This document shows, one piece after another, positions 26,496 to 35,238 of a stretch of DNA of 64,000 nucleotides. The notes below the pieces were generated by a model. It was not told the origin of the DNA. It searched no databases and saw only the letters and a program-made list of their open reading frames with translations. The stretch lies in IMG/VR virus record IMGVR_UViG_3300012943_000028, positions 240,642 through 304,641 of that record. The stretch is one strand, 5' to 3'. How positions within the stretch are numbered: the first letter of the stretch is position 1; the number at the start of each line of letters is the position of its first letter. Made by a program: the position numbers and the translations under genes. The stretch is from a virus. Its lineage: Duplodnaviria; Heunggongvirae; Uroviricota; Caudoviricetes.

Positions 26496-26894
26496 TTACA
26501 GCGCCTTTGCGATCGCCGCGGCGATCTCCACCTGCGTGCCGGCGGCCGGCACCTTCACGTTGAACTTCTCGGCGGTCTTCAGCAGCTTCGGCATGTTCGA
26601 CGGGTGGACGGCGATGCCGCTGCCCGACTTCACCGACGCCAGCCACTTGGGACCGAACTGGAAGCCACGCTTGCCCTCGTTGTGCACGACCTTGCTGCGG
26701 TACTTGGCGACGCGCAGCTGGCCGCCGTTCTTGGCGATCTTGGCCAGGTACTTCGCCACGACTTCACCCAGGCGCTTGAACGAGCGGACTTCGTTCTTCT
26801 TGATCAGTTCACGGGCGGCGGCTTCGTCGCTCACGCCCAGGGAAGCGGCCTTCAGGACCAGATCACCAACTTTCGGCTGATTGCTCATTGTCAT
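26496..26894 (-). CDS. hypothetical protein (FGPKW-family paralog A)
   Basis: 132 aa; shares FGPKW..SVK.G.GIA.H with 26926..27372. Confidence 0.5.
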   Translation of the reverse strand: MTMSNQPKVGDLVLKAASLGVSDEAAARELIKKNEVRSFKRLGEVVAKYLAKIAKNGGQLRVAKYRSKVVHNEGKRGFQFGPKWLASVKSGSGIAVHPSNMPKLLKTAEKFNVKVPAAGTQVEIAAAIAKAL

Positions 26895-26925
26895 CGTCTC
26901 CTTCTTCAGTGGTTGTTCAACATCA

Positions 26926-27372
26926 TCACAGCTTCGGGCTCAGCATCTCGCAGAGCTCGAGGTCAGTGTACTTCTCGGGATTCTTCAAGCCGAGCACCAC
27001 GCGAGCGTGGTGGTCCAGCTTTTCCTTGTCGTGCAGGGCGATGCCCTTGCCACGCTTCACGCTGTCGTTCCACTTGGGACCGAAGGCGTAGCGGCGGCCG
27101 TTTGGAGCCGGCACTTCACAGCGCTTGCCCTTGATCGACGACTTGATCTTGAGGACGCGCGGGCCCTGCGGCTTCTGCTCTTCCTCGACGATCGGCCCTT
27201 CGGCCTCGACGACCGCTGCGGCAGCCATCACCTGCTTGCGGAAGGTGCGGTCGAGAAGATCGACGTTCACCTCGACCGGCAGCTTGCGTTCGATTCGACG
27301 AAGCAGCGCCAGTGCAGCGGGATTTCCGGCATCGTACGGCAGCTTCGTGATCTTTGAGATTTCCTGCAGCAT
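26926..27372 (-). CDS. hypothetical protein (FGPKW-family paralog B)
   Basis: 148 aa; the AFGPKWNDSVKRGKGIALH block is shared with the adjacent gene. Confidence 0.5.
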   Translation of the reverse strand: MLQEISKITKLPYDAGNPAALALLRRIERKLPVEVNVDLLDRTFRKQVMAAAAVVEAEGPIVEEEQKPQGPRVLKIKSSIKGKRCEVPAPNGRRYAFGPKWNDSVKRGKGIALHDKEKLDHHARVVLGLKNPEKYTDLELCEMLSPKL

Positions 27373-27396
27373 GTGTTCTCCTACTCGACAGGTGGA

Positions 27397-27448
27397 ATTG
27401 TACTACGAACTTCTTGACTTGTACACAACTTCGTGATTTTACATAATG
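27397..27448 (-). promoter_or_regulatory. conserved phage promoter motif copy 4
   Basis: Minus strand reads CATTATGTAAAA-N9-TGTGTAC-N18-TACAAT, then an AGGAGAA ribosome-binding site and the ATG at 27372. Confidence 0.5.
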
Positions 27449-27450
27449 TC

Positions 27451-27708
27451 CTAGGCGACAGGGAAGAGGTGGAACGAATAGATGTTGGCCGTGGGTGCGT
27501 CCTTCTTCCACGGTTCTGTCTGCTTGCCGTAGAGGAAGACGCGCCGTGACTCGATCTTGATCGTCACCATCTTCTTACCGATGCCCTTCACCACACCAAC
27601 AACGACCGTGCCGAAGCCATTGGCGGTGCTGGAATATCCGTACTTCTTTCCGATCTCAACCGGATTTCCGAGGGCGTCTACCTGTTCCATGTCAGCTCCT
27701 GTTTCCAA
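27451..27708 (-). CDS. hypothetical protein
   Basis: 85-aa ORF; the start is possibly the internal MEQVDAL. Confidence 0.4.
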   Translation of the reverse strand: METGADMEQVDALGNPVEIGKKYGYSSTANGFGTVVVGVVKGIGKKMVTIKIESRRVFLYGKQTEPWKKDAPTANIYSFHLFPVA

Positions 27709-28327
27709 GGTTGGCGTATTCGGCCTGAGCTGCCTGAATCAGCTTGCTCAAGTGCGGCAGCTTGATCTGAGAGTTGGAATACCAGATCGCTGCTGGATTC
27801 GGGTGTGTTGCGACGTCGAGCCTGTCCTGAAGCGACATGCGATTTCCCTTCTTCTCGTTACAGCGCCGGCACATGCACTGTGCGTTCTCGATGGTGTTGG
27901 CACCTTCACGGGAACGTGGAAGCACGTGGTCCCACGTCATCATGACGTGGTGACCGTCCTTGTCGATGGCGTAGAGGTTCACGCTGAACGGCATGACGCT
28001 GTCGTTCTTGTGACGCTCGATGCGGAAGTAGGAGCCTTGCAGCCCGCACTTGACGCACTTCGTTTGACCGCTGGCGAACATGTGCACGCGCACGTTGGCC
28101 TTCTTCTGTGTGTTCTCGACGATGAAGCCGTTCAGCTTCCGCCATGGCTGCTTCCTGATGTAGTCGATGCCCTCTTCGAAGGTCATCTGCTTCAGGAGCA
28201 CCATGCTGTCGAGCATCCGCTTCCAGCGGCTGTCGTTGCGCTTGTTGGCCCTGTCCAGGCTCATGAACTTCTTGGCCGAGATCAGGCCAGGAATTGAGTG
28301 CTGGTACGGCTCGCGTTCGACATCCAT
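27692..28327 (-). CDS. HNH endonuclease
   Basis: DHVLPRSREGANTIENAQCMCRRCNEKKGN is a canonical HNH motif with a zinc-binding Cys pair. Confidence 0.8.
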   Translation of the reverse strand: MDVEREPYQHSIPGLISAKKFMSLDRANKRNDSRWKRMLDSMVLLKQMTFEEGIDYIRKQPWRKLNGFIVENTQKKANVRVHMFASGQTKCVKCGLQGSYFRIERHKNDSVMPFSVNLYAIDKDGHHVMMTWDHVLPRSREGANTIENAQCMCRRCNEKKGNRMSLQDRLDVATHPNPAAIWYSNSQIKLPHLSKLIQAAQAEYANLGNRS

Positions 28328-28515
28328 TAGGCGGCCTCGACCTCATGACGGTTCGGGCGGTGCGGCCGGTGACCCTGCTTCTTCTTTGCGACACGGCCAC
28401 GGTTGTCGTCGTCGAAGCGCTGCTTCTTCGGCATGCGCTCGAAGCTGCCGACTTCGTCAGTGTCTTCATCGAGGAGCAGGTTGCGGAGGTTGGCGTTCAT
28501 CGTAATGTCCTTCAT
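28327..28515 (-). CDS. small basic protein (~62 aa)
   Basis: ORF trimmed to the internal Met MKDITMNANL; Lys/Arg-rich C-terminus. Confidence 0.35.
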   Translation of the reverse strand: MKDITMNANLRNLLLDEDTDEVGSFERMPKKQRFDDDNRGRVAKKKQGHRPHRPNRHEVEAA

Positions 28516-28835
28516 CAGATGGTGTTGAGAGTGTAGAGGCCCGTCTTCTTCAAACGCGTTTCGATGGCATGGGCCTCGGATTTGCCACGAACGAACTGCA
28601 AGATGCGGGTGGTGAAAGACTTGGCACCGTGCATGCGAATTGACTCGCACAGCCTCCAGTCCTTGTCGTGAAGCATGGCACGGCCAATGTGGCGTGTCCA
28701 GCGTGAAGCGAGTGATTTCTTTCCGGACCGATCGGTCCGAACGGTCAGGCCGACGTACTCCTCGCCAGTCACGAGGTTCGTCAGCACGTAGATCAGGTGT
28801 ACCCTGTCCGACCGGCGCTTTCGAGAAGTCTTCAT
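28515..28835 (-). CDS. GIY-YIG nuclease-domain protein
   Basis: HLIYVLTNLVTGEEYVGLT matches the GIY-x10-YIG motif. ATG at 28835 lies 7 nt downstream of the predicted -10 (possibly leaderless). Confidence 0.65.
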   Translation of the reverse strand: MKTSRKRRSDRVHLIYVLTNLVTGEEYVGLTVRTDRSGKKSLASRWTRHIGRAMLHDKDWRLCESIRMHGAKSFTTRILQFVRGKSEAHAIETRLKKTGLYTLNTI

Positions 28836-28842
28836 GGAGGCC

Positions 28843-28918
28843 ATTCTATCACAGCCCCGGGGAATGTACACAGGTCAGCCCGTTATGTTAACTTGACTGA
28901 CCGGACCGTTATGTAAAA
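28843..28918 (-). promoter_or_regulatory. conserved phage promoter motif copy 5 (two TTATGT half-sites)
   Basis: Minus strand reads CCATTTTACATAAC...GTTAACATAAC-N9-CCTGTGTAC-N17-TAGAAT. Confidence 0.5.
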
Positions 28919-28922
28919 TGGA

Positions 28923-29195
28923 TCAGGCCTTGGCCTTGATTAGTTCCTTGACAGGCGTGCCATTGAACTTGACGTCGATGAGCTTGTCGGCACCGTCTCC
29001 ATCGAAGAAGACCTTAGGGCCCTCGCCCTTGTCACCATCAACGATACCCCATTGGCGGCTGGCGCCAATGGCGCAGGTGTATGCAACTCCATTCAGCAGC
29101 TCAGCGAGGCGCTGCTTTGCATCACCACGCACCTTCATGGTGATGGTAAGCTCTTCAGCGTCTTTGCTAGCTTCTAGGAGCTGCTCTACCTTCAT
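28923..29195 (-). CDS. hypothetical protein
   Basis: 90-aa ORF. Confidence 0.45.
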   Translation of the reverse strand: MKVEQLLEASKDAEELTITMKVRGDAKQRLAELLNGVAYTCAIGASRQWGIVDGDKGEGPKVFFDGDGADKLIDVKFNGTPVKELIKAKA

Positions 29196-29710
29196 TCCTC
29201 GTCGTCCTCGTCTTCATCCTCATCATCGTAGTCACTCTCATCATAGTCATCGTCGTCGTGATCAACGAACCTAAATGGACCTTCTTCATCGTATGGATCA
29301 CCGACCTTTGGTTCCTTCCTGAGCTTCTCAACGAAGGCTTCGTCCTTAGCGAGGCCGTTCGAGATCGACTCGATCTGCTTCATGAGCTTATCGTAGTCAT
29401 GCTCAGTGTGCACACTCTTGAGAACTGCACCGTACTCTGGCTTCATGTACGAGTAGAGCCAGTTGGCGCTACCGCTGATGTCGTTTGCCCAGCCCTTGTG
29501 GTGGCCAGTGTTGTCGTAGACATCACCGTCATTCCACCACTTGTAGGAGAGCTTGTTGACCGCAACAAGCCACTGTGTCAGTCGGCTGTCACCATCGCCT
29601 GAACCAGGCATCTCCTTGTCGGCGAGGTTGAGGAAGTCACGCATGTGGGCGTGTTCATCTACCTTGTTTGACTCAGCCTCTGAAATTGCGAGTAGTTCTT
29701 GAATGAGCAT
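29192..29710 (-). CDS. hypothetical protein with acidic C-terminal tail
   Basis: 172 aa ending in a run of Asp/Glu (DHDDDDYDESDYDDEDEDEDDEE). Confidence 0.5.
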   Translation of the reverse strand: MLIQELLAISEAESNKVDEHAHMRDFLNLADKEMPGSGDGDSRLTQWLVAVNKLSYKWWNDGDVYDNTGHHKGWANDISGSANWLYSYMKPEYGAVLKSVHTEHDYDKLMKQIESISNGLAKDEAFVEKLRKEPKVGDPYDEEGPFRFVDHDDDDYDESDYDDEDEDEDDEE

Positions 29711-29712
29711 AG

Positions 29713-31221
29713 TTATGCGTAAAGCTCTACGAGCTTCTCCCAGTTTGGTGCGCCAGAGGCGGCAAGGTTGAGGGCACGGACGAGCTTACGAAGGGATACG
29801 TCACCCTTACGCTTCGAACCCTTGACCACATTGAGAACGTGCTGGCGCTCTTCCTTCGAGAGCGACATGCCGTCTTCAAGGCGGATGTCCATGAGAATCT
29901 TTTCCATGTGCTTGAACAGCTCATCGTCAGTTGGGTCAACGTTCACGATGAAGGCGCGAGTACGTAGCGCTCCATCTGGATCGAGCTTATCAAGTGGGAG
30001 GTTTGAGATGAAGATGATGCGGCCCTTGAAGTCGAAGTGACTTGGGGACATCGAGAGATCGTCTTCATACTTGTCGGCGTCAGGACCATCTGGATCGAAG
30101 ATGAATGAGGACTTCTTGTTCCACACCATCTTGCGTACCTTCTTGGTGTCGGTTGCGGCCTTGATAAGGTTGCGCGCGTCGACATCTCCCATTGCACCGT
30201 CAGAGTCATCGAACACGATGATGTCGTTGCGGTGGTGGTAGAGAAGGTTGTAGATGCCGGCTGCCGATGCGGAACCGGTGTTCTTGAAGTAACCGCTGCC
30301 GTCGGTAAGGCCATTCTGGTGCAGAACGCGCTCAACAGTCTGAGTCTTACCCGTACCGCCCTTGCCTGCGACAAACAGCGAATTGAAAGAGCCCTTGACG
30401 AGGGCTGAGACAAGTCCCTCAAGGTGCTCAAGAGTGTCGGCATATGGCACGTGTTCAGGCTTGTCCTTTTCAAGGGCCTCTTCACCACCAGACTTGCCGT
30501 ACGTTTCCTTCGTACCACCCTTTGTCACCTCAACGACGCCAGCCTTTGAGAGGATGGAGTCCTTGAGCTTGTCAAGACCCTTGTTGCTGGCCAGCGATAG
30601 ACGCTTGCCGTCAACGATGAAGCGGTCCTTGAAGTTGTTGACCACGGTGTCGAAGATACCAACGTTGTTGATGTGGTAGTTACCAGCAAACTCAGAACGG
30701 GTAAATGACTTGCCGTTGCCGAGCTTGTGAAGGAAGTCGTTGAGCGCCTCTTCGGCGGTGAATGCGTCTGCCTTCACCTCAAACATCTTAGCTTCTTTCA
30801 CTTCTTCTCCTGCAGACATCGCCTGCTTTGGGTCAACTGGAAATGCAGTGTGCTTACCGAGAGATGGGCGCTGTAGGAGTTCAATGACTACAGGCAGCGC
30901 CTGAAGAATGCTGATACCATCCGTCTTGATGGTGAAGCTTGGATCACGTGACTTGCCGTTGAAGACGTCGATTGAGCTGATGCGAGTCAGCTTACCTGCG
31001 TCCGATGCTGATGGCCAGTTGAAGCGAATGCAGCGAAGGCTGCCGTCTTCAACATAACGGGCACCAACACCCTTGTGGGAAGAGTTGCTGAACGACTCGA
31101 GGCCAGGAATTCTAGTCAAGCTGGAACCAATCTGGTTTCCGATGTATGAGGCAATCTTTGGCAGGGCCACCGGTGCGGTCTCGGCCTTCGTATCACGCTC
31201 AAACAGGTTGAGAAGTTTCAT
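29713..31221 (-). CDS. P-loop AAA+ family ATPase (unknown role)
   Basis: Walker A FVAGKGGTGKTQT and Walker B IIVFDDSD about 50 aa apart in the C-terminal half; the N-terminal 280 aa are unassigned. Confidence 0.6.
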   Translation of the reverse strand: MKLLNLFERDTKAETAPVALPKIASYIGNQIGSSLTRIPGLESFSNSSHKGVGARYVEDGSLRCIRFNWPSASDAGKLTRISSIDVFNGKSRDPSFTIKTDGISILQALPVVIELLQRPSLGKHTAFPVDPKQAMSAGEEVKEAKMFEVKADAFTAEEALNDFLHKLGNGKSFTRSEFAGNYHINNVGIFDTVVNNFKDRFIVDGKRLSLASNKGLDKLKDSILSKAGVVEVTKGGTKETYGKSGGEEALEKDKPEHVPYADTLEHLEGLVSALVKGSFNSLFVAGKGGTGKTQTVERVLHQNGLTDGSGYFKNTGSASAAGIYNLLYHHRNDIIVFDDSDGAMGDVDARNLIKAATDTKKVRKMVWNKKSSFIFDPDGPDADKYEDDLSMSPSHFDFKGRIIFISNLPLDKLDPDGALRTRAFIVNVDPTDDELFKHMEKILMDIRLEDGMSLSKEERQHVLNVVKGSKRKGDVSLRKLVRALNLAASGAPNWEKLVELYA

Positions 31222-31280
31222 TTTCTGGCTGTCCTCTAGCAGTCGGGTCTTAACGACCTATTTATCGCCATGGTGCCGGA

Positions 31281-31313
31281 TACAAGAAAGGGGACCTCCG
31301 AAGAGGTCCCCTT
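31281..31313 (-). terminator. intrinsic terminator (minus strand)
   Basis: Hairpin AAGGGGACCTC-cgaa-GAGGTCCCCTT followed on the minus strand by TCTTGT; lies after the SPFH gene. Confidence 0.45.
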
Positions 31314-31336
31314 GACCCGTAGGGTCCCGAAGGTCC

Positions 31337-32563
31337 TTACTTCTTGATCTGCATGTCGGCGCCAAGCTCCTTGGCAGCCTTCGAGGTCAGCAGGTCAACC
31401 AGTGCAGTGGCGTTGCCACTGCCACCCTTGCCGTCGCCGTTCATGACGACCGAAGGCGTCCAGGCGCCTGGCTGGGCGGACTTGATGGCATCGGCATATG
31501 CGGCGTTCACCTTCACGTACGCTTCCAGCTTCTGCGTCAGAGCGCCGTCGGCGTTGATGATCAGCTCACGCTTGCGGGCTTCACCTTCACCTTCGAGGAT
31601 CAAGCGGCGCTTGTACTCGACGGCCTGCTCGGCCTGCAGCACAGCGATCTGCTTGTTCTTCTCGGCCTCGGCGACCTGCTTGGCATTGACCGTTTCCTGC
31701 TCCCACTTGGCCTTGGCGGCCGCTGCACGACCTTCCTGCTCAGTGGTGATAGCGGCCTGTTCGGCCTTGCGGGCGTTGGCGATGCTGATCTGCACCTGCG
31801 TCGTCGCTTCCTGGCGCTGCTTGATCTGGTTCTCCACGACTTCATCGTACTTGATGTTCTCGATGGAGACCGGCTGCAGCTGGATGCCGTAGGTCGTCAG
31901 CGGAGAGATGGCCTCACGAACCGGCTTGCCAGTGGCGTCAGTGGCAATTTCGACGACGTTCTGCATCTTGTCCTGGCCCGTGATCTGGTCCTTCACCAAC
32001 CGCTGCACGGTCTTCGTAAGGTACGGACCATTCTCGAGCTGGTCATCAATGTACGTCGGAATCTGCGGCCGACGTTCGGCCGAGGATTCGGTCGAGGACA
32101 TCGTCGGGCCCACGTTGAACACGACCTTCTGCACGGCCCGGCGCAAGAGCTGCTGCTCGATCGCCTCGAAGCCACGGAAGTCCTTGTGCAGTGCGATCAC
32201 CTTGTCCGGCGACAACGGCATGGCCCAGTTGATGGAGCCGGAGATGTTGCCGTGACCACCGTCGTTGAAGCGAGTCGAGATGCTGTCGTCATGATCACGC
32301 TGTGCCTCGCCTTCCTTCTTGGTCAAGAAGGCAAACTGCGCGCGGCGCGGGTAGCGGGTGATCGTACCGAAACCCTGGTATTTCCAACCCGGTTCCGTGT
32401 ACACCGAAAGCTTGCCGCTCATGGGTGCCTGCACGACCACGATTTCACTCGCATCGACATCGACCCACATCTGCGTAAGCGTGTAGATGCCCACCAGAAT
32501 CGCAGCTACGACGCCGACGATTACCAGCATGCCTCTACGTGCCAGACCATTCACATCACTCAT
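31337..32563 (-). CDS. SPFH/band-7 domain membrane protein (stomatin/prohibitin/HflK-like)
   Basis: N-terminal transmembrane helix, SPFH core, then a long Ala/Glu/Lys/Gln coiled coil (EAEKNKQIAVLQAEQAVEYKRRLILEGEGEARKRE), typical of HflK/C and flotillin-like proteins. Confidence 0.75.
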   Translation of the reverse strand: MSDVNGLARRGMLVIVGVVAAILVGIYTLTQMWVDVDASEIVVVQAPMSGKLSVYTEPGWKYQGFGTITRYPRRAQFAFLTKKEGEAQRDHDDSISTRFNDGGHGNISGSINWAMPLSPDKVIALHKDFRGFEAIEQQLLRRAVQKVVFNVGPTMSSTESSAERRPQIPTYIDDQLENGPYLTKTVQRLVKDQITGQDKMQNVVEIATDATGKPVREAISPLTTYGIQLQPVSIENIKYDEVVENQIKQRQEATTQVQISIANARKAEQAAITTEQEGRAAAAKAKWEQETVNAKQVAEAEKNKQIAVLQAEQAVEYKRRLILEGEGEARKRELIINADGALTQKLEAYVKVNAAYADAIKSAQPGAWTPSVVMNGDGKGGSGNATALVDLLTSKAAKELGADMQIKK

Positions 32564-32592
32564 GCGTATCTCCTCGTGTTGAAGGGGTTGGA

Positions 32593-32955
32593 TTACTCGG
32601 ACTTCGATTCCGCCGTCGGCTCGGTGGCCGGCGTTGCGGTTTCTTCGGCGGCGACCGGCTGTTCAACAGCGGCAGCAGGAGGTGAAGCTGCCTCTTCGAG
32701 GCGGCGCTTCTGCTCTTGCAGGCGGTTCAGTTCGGCACGGTTTGCATTGTGCTCACGCAGTGTTTCGACTTCATCGCGCGTCTGCTCGACGGCACGTGCG
32801 AGTTCGTTGCTGCGGAATGCGGGGAAAAGCTTGCGACCTTGCGCAGCGGGAATCAGCACCTGCAGGATGAGCAGGGCGATCAGACCAAAGATCAGCAGGA
32901 ATGCCAACAGACGAAGAAGAATCATACGAACCTCCGGTTCAAACAGTGAGGACAT
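32593..32955 (-). CDS. small membrane protein with coiled-coil tail
   Basis: Hydrophobic N-terminus (ILLRLLAFLLIFGLIALLIL), then a charged coiled coil and a Pro/Ala/Thr/Glu-rich tail. Confidence 0.45.
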   Translation of the reverse strand: MSSLFEPEVRMILLRLLAFLLIFGLIALLILQVLIPAAQGRKLFPAFRSNELARAVEQTRDEVETLREHNANRAELNRLQEQKRRLEEAASPPAAAVEQPVAAEETATPATEPTAESKSE

Positions 32956-32976
32956 TCTATCATGCCCAAACCTGAG

Positions 32977-33012
32977 GCAAAACTAAGGGCACCTAACCTG
33001 CGCTAGGTGCCC
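32977..33012 (-). terminator. intrinsic terminator (minus strand)
   Basis: Hairpin GGGCACCTA/TAGGTGCCC followed on the minus strand by TTAGTTTTGCC; lies after gene 33053..33361. Confidence 0.45.
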
Positions 33013-33052
33013 TGTTCAACCTGAAAAATACAGGTTAAATCGACTTCTTGAC

Positions 33053-33361
33053 TTAGGCGGCGAGGCGCTTGTTCAGAAGCTCAGCAACGGCCTGGAAGCC
33101 TTCGCTGTACGTGTCGACGGTGCGAGCAACGAACTCGTTGCTGATGACGGCGCCGTTGGCGGTCACAACGAACGATGGGCGGATCGTCTTGCGGCCGGCC
33201 TTGAACTTGCCCGTGAAGGCGAGTGAGCCGTTGGCAGCCTGGCGGTCGGTCGTGACGTCGTTGAGGCCAGCTGCGAGAAGGGCCTTGTAAGCCTTCGAGC
33301 GCTGTGCAGTTGCGATTGACTTGGACATGAGAGTACTCCTATCTGATTTCTTATTCATCAA
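33053..33361 (-). CDS. hypothetical protein (weak HU/IHF-like resemblance)
   Basis: ~100 aa; the FTGKFKAGRKTIRP segment loosely resembles the HU beta-arm GFGTFKVNHRAER. Not conclusive. Confidence 0.4.
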   Translation of the reverse strand: MMNKKSDRSTLMSKSIATAQRSKAYKALLAAGLNDVTTDRQAANGSLAFTGKFKAGRKTIRPSFVVTANGAVISNEFVARTVDTYSEGFQAVAELLNKRLAA

Positions 33362-33406
33362 ACGATCGAGTCAGCTTAGGACCAACTCGTTTTGAAGCAA
33401 CATGCT

Positions 33407-33583
33407 TCAAATATGGTTACGGTCTGGGCCGGTGAGGGTGATATCCATACCACCGGCTTTTGCGGCGGCGATCAAGTCCTGAAGGGCTTCCATCGTGAAG
33501 GTCATAGTGCACATGAACGTTGGAACATCTACCTTCACTGGCATGATGTACTCGCCGTCATTGTGCTTGATCCTGATTTCCAT
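33407..33583 (-). CDS. small protein (~58 aa)
   Basis: MEIRIKHNDGEY...; its ATG overlaps the TAA of mazG (TAATG). The longer ORF in the track has an abnormal N-terminal extension. Confidence 0.35.
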   Translation of the reverse strand: MEIRIKHNDGEYIMPVKVDVPTFMCTMTFTMEALQDLIAAAKAGGMDITLTGPDRNHI

Positions 33584-33987
33584 TAGAAGAGCCTTGCGAT
33601 GGTGCCAACGTTGTCGGCATGCTGTGGACCAACCCAGCCTTCCGGCTTGATGAGGTCTGGCAGACCGAGCGGGTTTGGACGTTCCTTCTTGATTCCACGC
33701 TCCTTGGCCATGTTTGCCCTGTGAACACGGTTCCAAGCTTCCTGCGAGTCTACGTCGAAGGCGTCGAGAGTGCCAATCGCAACGACGCAAAGGTCGATCA
33801 TGGCATCAACGATGTCTTCAGCAGACTCAGCCGTCTTAGCTTCATCAAGCTCTTCCTGAAGGAACTTCAGGCGGAACTCAAGGAAGGCAGCGAGCTTCTC
33901 TTTCGGCAGCTCACGAATTACCTCACGAACACCAAACTTGGTGTGGAGGTCATGAATGTCGTCGATCCAAAATGTCTTATTTGACAT
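33583..33987 (-). CDS. mazG: MazG-like nucleoside triphosphate pyrophosphohydrolase
   Basis: E..E..D...DIVDAMIDLCVVAIGT matches the MazG/dUTPase-like all-alpha NTP-PPase core. Confidence 0.7.
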   Translation of the reverse strand: MSNKTFWIDDIHDLHTKFGVREVIRELPKEKLAAFLEFRLKFLQEELDEAKTAESAEDIVDAMIDLCVVAIGTLDAFDVDSQEAWNRVHRANMAKERGIKKERPNPLGLPDLIKPEGWVGPQHADNVGTIARLF

Positions 33988-34069
33988 GCGGTGTTCTTCT
34001 TCTTGTTGTGCATGTATTTAGCGCGGCTCGGACCCGAGCCGGATCACGGTCAAATCAACGTAGAAACAA

Positions 34070-34756
34070 TCACCAATCTTCAACTCCAAACAGGTATCCC
34101 TTCTCACGAACGACCTCAACGTCAGCCAAGATCTGAACGAGGTTCTGCGCAGGGTCAACATCACCCTTCAGCGTGCGGTCCCACACACACTTGTAGTGCC
34201 ACTGAGTTTCAGGACCGAGCATGCTCACGAAGCGGTTGTTGTAGTTGCGAACTACGCTGAGCACTGTGTCAGTGTGCTCACCTTGGAGAGTGGTGCTGTT
34301 GAGAAGCTCCATCTGCTTGATGGCCTTCAAAACGTCCGCCTCATAGCGCTTCTTGAAGCGTTCAATGCGAACTTCCTGTGGAACATCGACGAAGTACTTC
34401 AGCCACAGCGCACCAACGTCCAGCGCTGGCTTTGCGTAGTGCTCGATTCCTTCTGGCTCGACAACCAAGAACGCAAGACCCATGTCTAGCTTCTTCTTGA
34501 ACTCTTCCTTGGTAACGCCGTAGCGGAATCCACGGAAGGTCATGAGCTCGGCGAAGCCATCTGCTGCCTCAATCGCTCTCGACTCCTCATCGCTGATGAA
34601 GAAGTAGTCTACGCCGTCTACCTCACCATCACGCTTTGGGCGGGTGGTGGTTGAGACGAAACATGGAAGCTTTGCCACATCTCGAATGTAGCTGAGGAGA
34701 TAGCTCTTACCTGAGCAGGTAGGAGATGTGAAGGTGATCAGGACGGGCTTTGACAT
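34070..34756 (-). CDS. guanylate-kinase-like nucleoside monophosphate kinase
   Basis: [11 protein letters not shown] P-loop and [21 protein letters not shown] mirror the Gmk GPSGAGKST and [21 protein letters not shown] motifs. Confidence 0.7.
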   Translation of the reverse strand: [228 protein letters not shown]

Positions 34757-35238
34757 AGCTTTGGCGTCTTCTTGATGAGCAGCGCTACGACCTGGTCGTG
34801 CAAGCGCTGCGTGGACATGACTCTCTTCTCGAACTCTTCTGGGGTCAGCGATACAACCGTCGTCGGCCCCATGTTGATCCAGTCGAACTTGCCATCCTTA
34901 CCCTCAACGACGGTCGTGTAGTGTGCGTCATGCTCGTTGATAGAGTGGTAGAGGATGAAAGCACCACCTGAGCTGACATGCTTCTTGAGCTGGTCGAGGT
35001 GGACTACTGGGATGGCCTTCGTCTTCAGCCGACCTCGGCTCATCCTGTTGAGGGCACGCCGAAGGTCCCACTGGTGGGTACCAGAGAAGTCCTCGTCATG
35101 CTTGTAGCGAGCCATATTCTTTATGTACTCGATGGACGAATCGTACGTCGCCCTGAGCCCAGCCCACTTGAGGATGTTCAGGATGGCAACAGGCCCACAG
35201 TCACTCTGCGTTCTTTGTCTTGTGTAGCGGGGCTTCAT
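34738..35238 (-). CDS. papain-like cysteine peptidase (C39-like) candidate
   Basis: QSDCGPVAILNILKWAG resembles the C39 QxxxxDCGxAxL catalytic Cys region; downstream HYTTVV fits the His motif. Confidence 0.5.
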   Translation of the reverse strand: MKPRYTRQRTQSDCGPVAILNILKWAGLRATYDSSIEYIKNMARYKHDEDFSGTHQWDLRRALNRMSRGRLKTKAIPVVHLDQLKKHVSSGGAFILYHSINEHDAHYTTVVEGKDGKFDWINMGPTTVVSLTPEEFEKRVMSTQRLHDQVVALLIKKTPKLCQSPS

